Part shown: positions 17,442 through 26,978 of the stretch, piece by piece
How positions within the stretch are numbered: the first letter of the stretch is position 1
Layout of the letters: each line of letters starts with the position of its first letter
IMG/VR virus record: IMGVR_UViG_3300025093_000020
Source: a virus
Reading direction: 5' to 3' (one strand)
Length of the DNA stretch: 64,000 bases
Position numbers and translations under genes: made by a program
Notes under the pieces: generated by a model
What the model saw: only the letters and a program-made list of their open reading frames with translations
Told to the model about the DNA's origin: nothing
Database searches by the model: none

Positions 17442-19129
17442 ATGCGGTTTGGATCGGTATGCAGTGGCATCGAGGCGGCTTCGGTAGCCTGGTGTCAGCT
17501 TGGATGGAAAGCCGCTTGGCTATCTGAGGTGGATGTTTCCGCCTCGGCTGTTTTGGCGCATCGGTTTGGTGCATCTGCACCTGTGTTTCCCTTGGAGGGA
17601 ACAGAGAAATCGCTGAAGCGAATCCACTGGGGCGATCGTATCGTCAACTGGGGTGATATGACGCGCCTTCCTGATGCCGTGCGCTCTGGAAAGGCTGCCG
17701 CCCCCGAAATTCTCTGCGGGGGAACCCCCTGCCAAGGTTTCAGTGTCGCCGGGCTCCGTGGAGGTCTGAGCGATCCCCGCGGACAACTCACCTTGTCTTT
17801 CGTGGAATTGGCAAATGCAATTGACGATAAACGAACTGCTCTCGGCCAGCAGCCCTGTGTCATTTTCTGGGAGAACGTCCCAGGTGTCAGAAGTGACAAA
17901 GGCAACGCATTCGGACATTATCTCGCCGGGCTCGTGGGTGCGGAACATCCCATTGAACCGGGTCCACGACCTGAACCGGGACGGTCCTCTGCCCACTGGA
18001 CATGGAAAAAAGAAACCCGTGAGCATATTCCGAAATGGCCAAGCGCAGGTGTTGTTGCTGGACCCCGCCGGACAGCAGCATGGCGGTCCAGCGATGCCCA
18101 ATATTTCGGTCTGGCCCAACGACGCGAGCGTGTGTTCGTTGTCGCAAGTGCTCGTGAGGGGTTTGATCCCCAAGTCGTACTATTTGAGTTCGACAGCCTG
18201 CGCCGGGATTCTGCGCCGAGCAGAGAAGCGTGGGAAGACATTGCCGGAACCCTTGCTGCGCGCACTGATGGCGGCGGTTTCCCGGGAACAGACGAAGCCT
18301 GCTCCGGATACGTCCAGCCCATCGGGTCTTCTAGTCTAGTACCGCAATGGTGGGACGGCTCGCCGGTATCACAGACGCTTGATGCTGTGCTGCACAAGGG
18401 GCAGACCATGCCCGAGAAGAACCGTTTCCCGGCGGTGTTGCAGCCGGTTTCAGTTCTGCCCTTCAACAGCACGCAGATCGCCAGTCCTCAAAATGGCGCA
18501 AACCCAAAGCAGGGATCTCCCCACTTCAGCTTGGCATCAGGTAATCATCCGCCGGCAGTCTGCATTCACGGAACACAGGATCCGATTGTCGGCTACAACA
18601 TTGCTCATGCGCTAGGGCGAAATAGCGGACAGGAGAATGCAGTTTGCGTGATGTCGCCAGTCACGCATGCGTTGAAAGCTGAAGGATTTGATGCCTCCGA
18701 AGATGGCACCGGCAGAGGGCAGCCGATCATCGCGTTTTCATGTAAAGATTACGGAAACGACGCGACCGTTGATCTTTCTCCTACGATGCGCGCGATGACT
18801 CATTCCGCAAGTCACGCCAACGCAGGTGGTCAACTGGCAATTCAAAGCGAAATGGCCGTTCGCCGTCTGATGCCGTTCGCCGTCTGATGCCGGTCGAGTG
18901 TGAGCGCCTCCAGGGCTTTCCCGATGGTCATACTGCTGTGCCGGTCGGGAAAGCCTTAGCTGCGGACGGCCCGCGTTACAAGCAGCTCGGAAACAGTTGG
19001 GCCGTACCCTGCGTGACATGGATCGGCAAGCGCCTTGATCGTTATTTGACGGAGTTGGACGGCGTGACCATCGAAGGTTCATCTGTTGAAATCGTTGAAC
19101 CCTTCCACCTTTGGATGACCGCAGCATGA
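17442..19129 (+). pseudogene. DNA (cytosine-5)-methyltransferase split by a 17-bp tandem duplication
   Basis: Motif I FGSVCSGIEAAS, motif IV GGTPCQGFS and motif VI ENVPG lie in ORF 17442..18887. The RRL(M)PxECERLQGFPDG and QLGNSWAVP motifs lie in ORF 18887..19129. Deleting one 17-bp copy restores ...MAVRRLMPVECERLQGFPDG... in a single frame. Confidence 0.85.
18855..18888. repeat. Exact 17-bp tandem duplication GCCGTTCGCCGTCTGAT x2
   Basis: Read directly. 18855-18871 equals 18872-18888, followed by a partial third copy, GCCG. Confidence 0.95.
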
Positions 19130-19578
19130 CCTATTACTACGTCCATGACGAGAGCGGCTGCGCCTTCCTGAGCGACGACCCGCCTGAAGTCGTGTGTAAG
19201 GAACCCTTGGTCGAATGCGTGCCGCGCGACATTTATCTGCGCGCCTGCGAGCGTTATGGGCAACCCCCTGAGCCCCATCCGAACCCGTGCCTGGAGACCC
19301 GCCGCCGCATTCGAGTGGCCGTGGCAGCATGGGCTTACGAGGTGCACAACGATCCGATCATTTCTGACGCCGCCTTCGATGCGCTCGCGCGGGAGATCGA
19401 TCTCAATCGCAGCACGACAAACATCGAAATGGACCGTTGGTTCTCGAGGGAGTTCAGCTCGGACACTGGCGCCTGGGTGCATCGGCATCCTGATACCGCG
19501 GGCCTTGAGCGCGTCTACCGCATGCTGCGCGGGTATCGGCAGCACCCCGCACTCTGGATCTGGATGGTGGCAGCATGA
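19126..19578 (+). CDS. hypothetical protein (150 aa) with a LigA domain-Ia-like segment
   Basis: ATGA overlap with the methyltransferase stop. AYEVHNDPIISDAAFDALAREIDL resembles the YxVxDxPxIxDAEYDxLxREL block of NAD-dependent ligase domain Ia. The match is weak and short. Confidence 0.45.
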   Translation: MTYYYVHDESGCAFLSDDPPEVVCKEPLVECVPRDIYLRACERYGQPPEPHPNPCLETRRRIRVAVAAWAYEVHNDPIISDAAFDALAREIDLNRSTTNIEMDRWFSREFSSDTGAWVHRHPDTAGLERVYRMLRGYRQHPALWIWMVAA

Positions 19579-20378
19579 AGCGTGCTGATGGGAAGACCCG
19601 GATTACAGCCGAACGAATTCGTGCCGCCATGGCAAAGCGTTGGGCTGATCCCGAGTGGGCGATCATGTGGGAAGTCGGTGAAGGCACCGGAGCCGCCAGC
19701 GGCCGCTATGCTGACGCTGTGATGATGTCGCTTTGGCCGTCGCGCGGACTGGAACTCCATGGCGTTGAAATCAAGGTGAGCCGATCTGACTGGAGGCGCG
19801 AAGCAGCTGACCCCAGTAAGGCCGAAGCGATTGCGAAGTATTGTGACCGTTGGTGGATCCACACACCTCCTGGAATCGTGGATGATCTGTCCGACCTTCC
19901 GCCGGCGTGGGGTTTGCGTGAATTCGACGGCAAGAACTGGAACACGCGGCGAGAGGCCGAGAAGACCGAAGCGGAGCAGGTCACTCGCAGGTTTCTAGCC
20001 GCGATGTTGCGGCGTGCCGATGGGACGATGCGAGCATTGGCTGCTGAGGCTGCGAGCGATGGAATGGCGGCCGTGGTGGTGGAAGAAGAGAAGCTGCGCG
20101 CTGAATATGCTAAGCGGGTCGAAGATGCTGTGAAGCGCAAGACCTCCGAATTAGATGAGGTTCGGGCCAACCTCAAAGCCTTCGAATCCGGTTTCGGCAT
20201 CTCAGCCGCCCACTATGCTGACTTTGGTCGCATTGGCAAAGCGGCACGGGCCTTGGCGGATCTCGACAGCAAAGGATGGCCACCGCTTGCTGATCGCTTG
20301 CGCCGTGCCGCCAATGAAATCGACGCTTTGAGCGAATGCCGGTTTTCCCAAACTGATCTGACGGAGTTGTTGCAATGA
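19575..20378 (+). CDS. MmcB-like PD-(D/E)XK protein with coiled-coil C-terminus (267 aa)
   Basis: The YADAVMM...LHGVEIKVSRSDW (D...ExK) block is typical of the MmcB family. ATGA coupling at the start. Confidence 0.55.
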   Translation: MKRADGKTRITAERIRAAMAKRWADPEWAIMWEVGEGTGAASGRYADAVMMSLWPSRGLELHGVEIKVSRSDWRREAADPSKAEAIAKYCDRWWIHTPPGIVDDLSDLPPAWGLREFDGKNWNTRREAEKTEAEQVTRRFLAAMLRRADGTMRALAAEAASDGMAAVVVEEEKLRAEYAKRVEDAVKRKTSELDEVRANLKAFESGFGISAAHYADFGRIGKAARALADLDSKGWPPLADRLRRAANEIDALSECRFSQTDLTELLQ

Positions 20379-20854
20379 TCGTTGCAGGCACCGGGCACCG
20401 GCCCGTGAAACTTGGTGGCTATGATGAGGCCACCTTTGGCCGTCTGACCGCACTGGCCCGAGGCCGGTTGCAGGAATTGAAGCCTAAGAAGTTCATCAGC
20501 GGCATGGCGCTTGGGTGGGATCAGGCAGCGGCAACTGCTGCCCTAGATCTCCACATTCCCTTGATCGCGGCCGTTCCGTTCGATGGCTTTGAGGCGCGCT
20601 GGACTCACGCCCAACAAGATCGCTTCAGCCTGCTCTTGGATCAAGCCGACGAGGTTGAGACCTGCAGCCCATATCCCGGCCAGCGGGCTTACCAACTTCG
20701 CAACGAGTGGATGGTCGACCGGGCGAACCTGATGCTCGCGCTTTGGGATGGATCCTGGGGTGGCACGTTCAACTGCATCCGCTACGCGGAGAAGATGGGG
20801 CGGCCGGTCGAGAACCTTTGGGACCAGTGGGAAGCGGCAAGCCTGCTGGTATGA
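20375..20854 (+). CDS. YpsA/DUF1273-type SLOG domain protein (159 aa)
   Basis: VAGTGHRPVKLGG, ISGMALGWDQAAATAALDL and IAAVPFDGFEARW align with the YpsA blocks ITGYKPxELG, ISGxxLGVExWAAEAA and VITPF...W. Confidence 0.65.
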   Translation: MIVAGTGHRPVKLGGYDEATFGRLTALARGRLQELKPKKFISGMALGWDQAAATAALDLHIPLIAAVPFDGFEARWTHAQQDRFSLLLDQADEVETCSPYPGQRAYQLRNEWMVDRANLMLALWDGSWGGTFNCIRYAEKMGRPVENLWDQWEAASLLV

Positions 20855-21672
20855 CACCTTTCCCCGGAGATCGCATTGTTGTTTGGTTTTCCAACGATGC
20901 CGCCAGCGCCGTAGCCTGGGTTAAGACTGTCGAGCGCTACGGGCATATGTGTGAAGTAGTGGCGGTCAACAATCCGGTAGTTGAGGAAGATGCGGATAAT
21001 CAGCGCTTCGCCCGTGACGTTGCGAAGTGGGCGGGTGGCGAGATCGTTTTCTGGAAGAACCCGAAGTTCCTACATGGCTCAGCGGTCAAGGTGTGGGACC
21101 GCAAAAAGGCGATGTCTTTCCCGCGTGGAGCCCCTTGCACAGATCTTCTCAAGAAAGCCGCTAGACAAGATTACGAGCGGCATCACCACTTCGAATGGCA
21201 TGTGTTCGGGTTCACCGCGGACGAACAGAAACGCCATGATCGTTTCGTTTTGAGCGAACGCGAAAACGTGCTGCCAGTCTTGATCGAGGCTGGAATCACG
21301 AAGGATGACTGCTACGAAATCGTAAAGGCCGCGGGCATTTCGTTGCCGCTAGTTTACCGCCTTGGTTACCCCAATGCAAACTGCATCGGTTGCGTCAAGG
21401 CGACTAGCCCAACCTACTGGAATCATGTTCGCAAAGTGCATCCAGAGATCTTCCGCCAGCGGGCCGAACAGTCCAGACGCCTAGGTGTCCGATTGGTGCG
21501 CTACAAAGGCGTGCGCATCTTCCTGGACGAATTGCCCGAAGATGCTTTTGGTCGCCCGATGAAGACCATGCAGATCGAGTGCGGCATATTTTGTGAGGAA
21601 CCTAGCTTACCCCTGCCATCGCGCGATAAGGTAGCATCTGCAGTACATCTTTTCTGGCTCACTGCCCCATAA
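20851..21672 (+). CDS. PAPS-reductase / PP-loop-like protein with a degenerate PP-loop (273 aa)
   Basis: VVWFSNDAASAV occupies the position of the SGGxDS PP-loop. NCIGC lies downstream. ATGA coupling at 20851. The long N-terminal extension in the track (20707) overlaps the upstream gene. Confidence 0.5.
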   Translation: MTPFPGDRIVVWFSNDAASAVAWVKTVERYGHMCEVVAVNNPVVEEDADNQRFARDVAKWAGGEIVFWKNPKFLHGSAVKVWDRKKAMSFPRGAPCTDLLKKAARQDYERHHHFEWHVFGFTADEQKRHDRFVLSERENVLPVLIEAGITKDDCYEIVKAAGISLPLVYRLGYPNANCIGCVKATSPTYWNHVRKVHPEIFRQRAEQSRRLGVRLVRYKGVRIFLDELPEDAFGRPMKTMQIECGIFCEEPSLPLPSRDKVASAVHLFWLTAP

Positions 21673-21846
21673 GTCCCAGAGAAACCCGGTGCATCCCGAC
21701 CTCTAGGCGGTAGATTTTACGGTATGGCACTCTGTAAAGCATTGAAAACAATCAACTTACAGTGCGTCTCGACCGCACCAAATTAGGGTCTCAATGGGTC
21801 CAAGTGCTCCCGAGATCCAACGAAATAAGGGGCTTCCGGATGCCAT

Positions 21847-23103
21847 GTGTCCCAGTCAGACCCCTTGTTTCCCACCCCGATGACGGTAAATCTCACGGTA
21901 GACGCAAATTTATACCGTGAGCCGCCCATGAGCCTTACCGATGCCGCCTGCCGTGCGGCCAAGCCCGCCGAGAAACCCCGCAAGCTGAGCGACAGCGGCG
22001 GGCTCTATCTCTTCGTCAGCCCCAGCGGCACGAAGACCTGGCGCCTGGACTATGCCTTCCAGGGCAAGCGCAAGACAGCATCCCTCGGCCGATACCCAGG
22101 TGTGAAGCTGGTGGAAGCCCGTGAGGAACGCGACCGCATGAAGGCGGAAGTCGCCGCCGGCCGTGACCCTATGCAACGTTATAACATAACATTTGAGAAG
22201 GTGGCGCGAGACTGGTTCGCTGCAAACCGCTCCAAGTGGAAGTCATCCTATTCGGAGCGCTTCTGGCGCCGGATCGAGCAGGACATTTTGACCAGTCTTG
22301 GTGACCGGGTGGTTAGCGAGGTCCAGCCACAGGAGATCCTGAAGCTGTTGCGGGAGATCGAGGAACGGGATGCTATCTACACGGCCAAGCGCATCTGCCA
22401 GATGGTCAGCACCATCTATCGCTTTGCGATCTCAGAGGGGCATGCTTCCAGCAACCCGGCTGAGAACCTGATGAGCGCGCTGAAGCCACTGCCGAAGCGC
22501 GAGCACCGGGCGGCCCTGGCTGAGAGCGATCTGCCTGAGTTCTTTCGCCGCCTGCGCGCCTATGACGGCGATGAGACGACAAAGCTTGGCCTCGCGATCG
22601 TGATGCACACCTTCGTGCGGACGAACGAGATCCGCTATGCCACCTGGTCAGAGATCGACGGTGACGTGTGGCGCATCGAGGGGGATCGGATGAAGATGGG
22701 CAAGACGCACCTGATCCCCCTAAGCCGCCAGGTGCAGGAACTGCTGGCGCAACTGCGGGAGCTGACCGGCCACGCGCCGTGGCTGCTTCCGGGCCGCGAT
22801 AGCAATCGTAAACCGGTCTCCGAAAACACCTTGCTTTATGCGCTGCGCAACATGGGGTATCATCGAACAGCAACCGTCCATGGTTTCCGGGGAACTGCGT
22901 CAACGATCCTGAACGAAAGCGGAAAGTGGAATTCAGACTGGATCGAGCGGCAGCTTGCGCACGTTCCCAAAGACCAAGTGCGATCAGCATACAATGCTGC
23001 GCAATGGATGGAGCAACGGCGTGAAATGATGCAGTGGTATAGCGACCTACTTGAAAGAAATGCAAAAGAGGATAAATTGAGCTTCAATAGCTTGTTGATG
23101 TGA
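21847..23103 (+). CDS. int: Tyrosine recombinase, P4-type phage integrase (418 aa)
   Basis: N-terminal DUF4102-like GLYLFVSPSGTKTWRLDY. Catalytic HGFRGTAST (HxxR) and LAHVPKDQVRSAYN (catalytic Tyr). Confidence 0.9.
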   Translation: MSQSDPLFPTPMTVNLTVDANLYREPPMSLTDAACRAAKPAEKPRKLSDSGGLYLFVSPSGTKTWRLDYAFQGKRKTASLGRYPGVKLVEAREERDRMKAEVAAGRDPMQRYNITFEKVARDWFAANRSKWKSSYSERFWRRIEQDILTSLGDRVVSEVQPQEILKLLREIEERDAIYTAKRICQMVSTIYRFAISEGHASSNPAENLMSALKPLPKREHRAALAESDLPEFFRRLRAYDGDETTKLGLAIVMHTFVRTNEIRYATWSEIDGDVWRIEGDRMKMGKTHLIPLSRQVQELLAQLRELTGHAPWLLPGRDSNRKPVSENTLLYALRNMGYHRTATVHGFRGTASTILNESGKWNSDWIERQLAHVPKDQVRSAYNAAQWMEQRREMMQWYSDLLERNAKEDKLSFNSLLM

Positions 23104-23107
23104 TTAC

Positions 23108-23611
23108 ATGAAAACGATAGCAACATTTCTTCTCTGCGTCTTTGGAACTTCGGCTTCTGCGGAAGACTGGATTTACAATGTGTCCAAAGACGAGTTTACG
23201 GATGCCGAAACTAGAATTGCCATGAGCTTTTCGCCGTATGACCGTAGTCGTTATGGCGACACAATTGCGCTTTTCATTGGGTGTTCTCCATCAGGGTTTT
23301 ATTCAGGCGTGATTTGGGAAGAAAGTGTTGTTCCGACCTATCAGTCAATGTCGGCCGATGTGCTGATGCGAGCCGGGGAAAATCCGACAATCACACTGGA
23401 AGCTGACGTGATTGGTGCGCGCAATGAAATGACTTATTTCTACGATTCCGATAGCCGCCGAGTATTGACCGAACTTCAAGATGCCGCTGCTCGGTCTGCA
23501 ACGGTTATTCTCGGCGTGGAAACGGTGAGCGATCTGCGGCTGACGGCCAGGTTTGAAATGAACGGATTTCACGAGGCTGCGGCCGGGGTGCTGGAGTTCT
23601 GCGCCGAGTGA
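23108..23611 (+). CDS. secreted protein of unknown function (167 aa), moron candidate
   Basis: Sec-type signal peptide MKTIATFLLCVFGTSASA/ED. Visibly lower G+C than its neighbours; this is judged by eye and not computed. Confidence 0.6.
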   Translation: MKTIATFLLCVFGTSASAEDWIYNVSKDEFTDAETRIAMSFSPYDRSRYGDTIALFIGCSPSGFYSGVIWEESVVPTYQSMSADVLMRAGENPTITLEADVIGARNEMTYFYDSDSRRVLTELQDAAARSATVILGVETVSDLRLTARFEMNGFHEAAAGVLEFCAE

Positions 23612-23617
23612 TCGTGT

Positions 23618-23687
23618 CGGAGGTGCTTCTGCGCCCGTGATACCGCTTTTCCCAACCTGCTGTGGCAGGCCCGGCGAAGCACCTCCG
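23618..23687. repeat. 12-bp perfect inverted repeat CGGAGGTGCTTC / GAAGCACCTCCG with a 46-nt spacer
   Basis: Read directly. The spacer contains a second small hairpin, CCTGC-tgtg-GCAGG (23656-23669). It starts 7 nt after the stop at 23611. Confidence 0.85.
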
Positions 23688-23768
23688 AAGGTCGACGCGG
23701 TACGAACTTCTTCCAGACCGTCTCGCGGTCGAGCGGCAGCAGCCCTTTACAACGTCGCGTCCAACCAG

Positions 23769-23815
23769 AATCACGTCTAGTGTGTTTTCTGTTGAGTGTC
23801 ACGCGAAACGTGATA
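23769..23815. promoter_or_regulatory. Two operator-like dyads upstream of alpA
   Basis: TCACGT-CTA-GTGTGT at 23771-23785 and TCACGC-GAA-ACGTGA at 23799-23813, which ends 35 nt before the ATG at 23848. Confidence 0.5.
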
Positions 23816-23847
23816 GACCTGATCGGGACGCACAGGAACCGATCACC

Positions 23848-24036
23848 ATGGCTGAACTGACAAACGACCGATTTTTGCGCCTGAAACAAGTGGTTGAGAT
23901 CACGAGTCTCTCCAAGAGCGAAATTTACCGGCAGGTCAACGATGGCCGGTTTCCTAAGCAGCAGCGCCGATCGCACAAGGTGGCGGTGTGGCGGCAAAGC
24001 GAGGTCGAGGCTTGGATGCGAGACACCAATGCCTGA
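23848..24036 (+). CDS. alpA: AlpA-family HTH regulator / excisionase-like (62 aa)
   Basis: RFLRLKQVVEITSLSKSEIYRQVNDGRFPKQ...WRQSEVEAWM matches the AlpA/MerR-like excisionase signature. Confidence 0.8.
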   Translation: MAELTNDRFLRLKQVVEITSLSKSEIYRQVNDGRFPKQQRRSHKVAVWRQSEVEAWMRDTNA

Positions 24037-24778
24037 CTTCAATGACCTCTTGGGCGATGAGCCTCCGAAGAAGCCGTCGAAGTCGAAGCGCGCCCGCGGG
24101 CGCCCGTCGCGCGAGGCAATGCTTGAGCGCGACACCGAAGAGTTGGCTGCAGAGCAGGCGAGACTGGGCCTCACCGATAACAAGACGCCGCATTACAGCG
24201 AGTTCCGCAAGCCGGTCGGCATCACATTCTTGGCCGCCGTCATGGGCCGCCAGCCAAAGCAGATCGAGAAGCGCCTCGAAAAGTGCCCGGTTCATTCCTG
24301 GCACCTGGTCTCTGGCAAGCAGAAGCCGCTGTACGAGTTCATGGACGCCATGTCCTATCTGGTGCCGCCGCGGGGCAGCATCGAAGACTGGTTCGCCCAG
24401 CAGAACGCCGCCAGCTTGCCCCCCTACGTCAACAAGATGTGGTGGGACTCAGCGGCGCAGCGCAACCGGGTGATGCTCGATTCCAACGATCTTTGGCACA
24501 CGGATGATGTGCTGGTGCTGCTCGGTCGCGCCCACATGGCGATCAAGGAAGAATGTAAGATGTGGGTCGAGGAATTGCCTGAAAAGGAGATTCTGACCGA
24601 CAAACAATACGCCGCTCTTATCGACGCGCAGAACCGTCTGGTTCTGAACCTACGCAAGATCTTCATCGAGATGCCGCGTGAAACCCTGTCCATGACTGCT
24701 CACATTCAGAGCGAACTGGACGCCAGCGGCAGGGTGCCGAATGACGCAGATCGACCGAACGCTGACGACGAAGAGTGA
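24029..24778 (+). CDS. putative terminase small subunit (249 aa)
   Basis: It lies immediately upstream of, and overlaps, the gpA-type large terminase. Basic N-terminus KKPSKSKRARGRPSR. The call rests on position. Confidence 0.5.
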   Translation: MPDFNDLLGDEPPKKPSKSKRARGRPSREAMLERDTEELAAEQARLGLTDNKTPHYSEFRKPVGITFLAAVMGRQPKQIEKRLEKCPVHSWHLVSGKQKPLYEFMDAMSYLVPPRGSIEDWFAQQNAASLPPYVNKMWWDSAAQRNRVMLDSNDLWHTDDVLVLLGRAHMAIKEECKMWVEELPEKEILTDKQYAALIDAQNRLVLNLRKIFIEMPRETLSMTAHIQSELDASGRVPNDADRPNADDEE

Positions 24779-26978
24779 GGCGCTGCGGACAATCCGTCCG
24801 CTGACAATCAAGGAACTGGCGGCGCGTGCAAAGTACCGCACGCTTGAGGATGTTTTTGCCGCGGCCTTCGTTGAGATGAAGCCCGCGGGGCGGATGACCG
24901 TCACCGAGGCCGCAGAAGACTTTACGCGCATTGGCAGCGCTGGCGGCAGCAAGCCTTGGCTGCTTTCCACGACTCCATACCTGAAGCTGCCGCAGGACGT
25001 TCTGACCTCGCTTGAGTTTCAGGGAATGATCTTTGTCGGTCCCGCGCGGACAGGCAAAACGGTCATGGGCCTGAATTGGATCAGCCACACCGTCAAGACC
25101 GATCCCGCCGACATGCTCTATGTTCACATGGACCGGGAAAATGCGCGCAAATGGTCAAAGGGTGATCTTGATCGATACCTGATGGCCTCCACGGCAATTC
25201 GCTCTGAGCAGATCACTGCGCGGCAATACGACAACACCTTCGACAAGACCTTCAAGAGCGGGATGCGTTTCCTGCTGACCTATCCAACGGCGTCGAACCT
25301 TTCCGGGATCACGGTCGGCCGGGTGATGTTCATCGATTACGACCGGAGCCCGAGCAACGACAACGTGGACGGCGAAGGTAACGCATATGACCTTGGGTCG
25401 ATGCGGACCACGACTTTCCGTCGCTTCGCAATGACGGCTGCGGAATCATCGCCCAACCCCAACAAGGAGATCACCGATCCACGCTGGATGCCTTCTTCAC
25501 CCCACGAGGCGCCGCCGATCAAGGGTATCTTCGAACTCTACAACCGCGGCGACCGGCGGCGCTGGCAGTGGTGCTGCCCTGAATGTGACAACTGGTTCGA
25601 GCCGGATTTCAAGCTGCTCGATTGGAATAACTTGGAAGACCCGATGGAGGCCAAAGAGGCCACCACGATGATCTGTCCCCACAACGGTTGCATTCTGTAC
25701 CCGTGGCAGAAGGACGAGATGAACCACTATGGCCACTGGATCCGGGAAGGGGAATACATCGAACCCGGCCGCGATGGTGAGACCAAAGCCCGCCCTGGAA
25801 TGAAGGTGACGCGCTCCACCATCGCTTCTTTCTGGCTGAAAGGGCCGGCTGCTGCTTACCAAGGCTGGGGGAACCTGGTCGAGAAATATCTGCGGGCACT
25901 CAAGACTTACAACGACACCTCCGACGATGGTCCGCTCCGAAAAACAATCACGACCGATCAGGGGAATTACTATATCCCCTATTCGCGGTTGTCCGAGATT
26001 GCCCCGGAAACCCTGAAAGCCAAAGCTGAGGACTGGGGATCGACTCCCGAAAATCCAACCGTTCCCGAAGGTGTGCGCTTCCTTGTCGCAACTATCGACG
26101 TGCAGAAATCGGCATTTGATGTTCAGGTGAACGGCTTCACGGCTACGGGGGATCTTGTCGTCGTGGACATGTTCAAGATCCGCGTTTCTTTGCGCGAGAA
26201 CAGCCGAGGGGAACGCCTGCCGATCGACCCAGCCGCATATGGGGAAGATTGGGCCAGGATCGAGGAACTGGTAATGAACCAGACCTACGAACTGGGTGAC
26301 GGCTCCGGGCGGCGCATGCGGATCCGGGCGACGGCTTGTGACTCCGGTGGTCGGGAAGGTGTGACCGGGCACGCCTATAATTACTGGCGAACCTTGAAAC
26401 GACGCAAGGATGGCTCCCACCGCCGACTGATCCTCATCAAAGGGGACACCGTGAAATCGGTGACCAATACCCCTGAAGCGCAAACTCGGCATCCAGACGC
26501 ATCGCAGAAGGATCAATTCGCGGTGGCCAAGGGTGACGTGCCAGTGGTCTTCTTGAACTCGAACAAGCTCAAGGACCGCGTGAGTCTTCTCATGCACCGG
26601 CGCGTTTCTGATGAGGGTGAGACAGGCGGTTTGATCCGTTACCCTGATTGGGCTGAGAACTGGTTCTATTCCCAGCTCACCGCCGAGGTGCGCACGGAAA
26701 AGGGTTGGGAGAAGACCGGCAAACGGCGAAACGAAGCCTTTGACTTGAGCTATTACGCCCTAGGCGCAGTGCTGCGCGGCCGGGAACGGAACGTGCCTTT
26801 GATGCTGTTCGAATGGGATCGCATCCGATGGGATGACCCGCCGTTTTGGGCCGAGGAATGGGACGACAACGAATTGGTGTTCAAGCCTACCGGCGCAGCG
26901 GAACCGGAGCCCGAGTTCAAATCGAAGAAGACTGCGGGTCGACCAACGATGGCGGAACTTGCTGAACGACTCGGGTAG
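24741..26978 (+). CDS. terL: Terminase large subunit, lambda gpA type (745 aa)
   Basis: Walker A FVGPARTGKT. Its size and the following gpW-like and portal genes are as in lambda. Confidence 0.85.
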   Translation: MTQIDRTLTTKSEALRTIRPLTIKELAARAKYRTLEDVFAAAFVEMKPAGRMTVTEAAEDFTRIGSAGGSKPWLLSTTPYLKLPQDVLTSLEFQGMIFVGPARTGKTVMGLNWISHTVKTDPADMLYVHMDRENARKWSKGDLDRYLMASTAIRSEQITARQYDNTFDKTFKSGMRFLLTYPTASNLSGITVGRVMFIDYDRSPSNDNVDGEGNAYDLGSMRTTTFRRFAMTAAESSPNPNKEITDPRWMPSSPHEAPPIKGIFELYNRGDRRRWQWCCPECDNWFEPDFKLLDWNNLEDPMEAKEATTMICPHNGCILYPWQKDEMNHYGHWIREGEYIEPGRDGETKARPGMKVTRSTIASFWLKGPAAAYQGWGNLVEKYLRALKTYNDTSDDGPLRKTITTDQGNYYIPYSRLSEIAPETLKAKAEDWGSTPENPTVPEGVRFLVATIDVQKSAFDVQVNGFTATGDLVVVDMFKIRVSLRENSRGERLPIDPAAYGEDWARIEELVMNQTYELGDGSGRRMRIRATACDSGGREGVTGHAYNYWRTLKRRKDGSHRRLILIKGDTVKSVTNTPEAQTRHPDASQKDQFAVAKGDVPVVFLNSNKLKDRVSLLMHRRVSDEGETGGLIRYPDWAENWFYSQLTAEVRTEKGWEKTGKRRNEAFDLSYYALGAVLRGRERNVPLMLFEWDRIRWDDPPFWAEEWDDNELVFKPTGAAEPEPEFKSKKTAGRPTMAELAERLG

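Noticed and set aside
20707-21672. Long form of the PP-loop-like ORF, and similar long N-terminal extensions at 723, 959, 1194, 7641, 7832, 9771, 19111, 23662, 23894, 32581, 50995, 55838..56401, 58223..58696 and 61528..61860
   Set aside because: The extensions overlap upstream genes extensively. Internal starts with an RBS or ATGA/GTGA/TGATG coupling give compact, non-overlapping operons.
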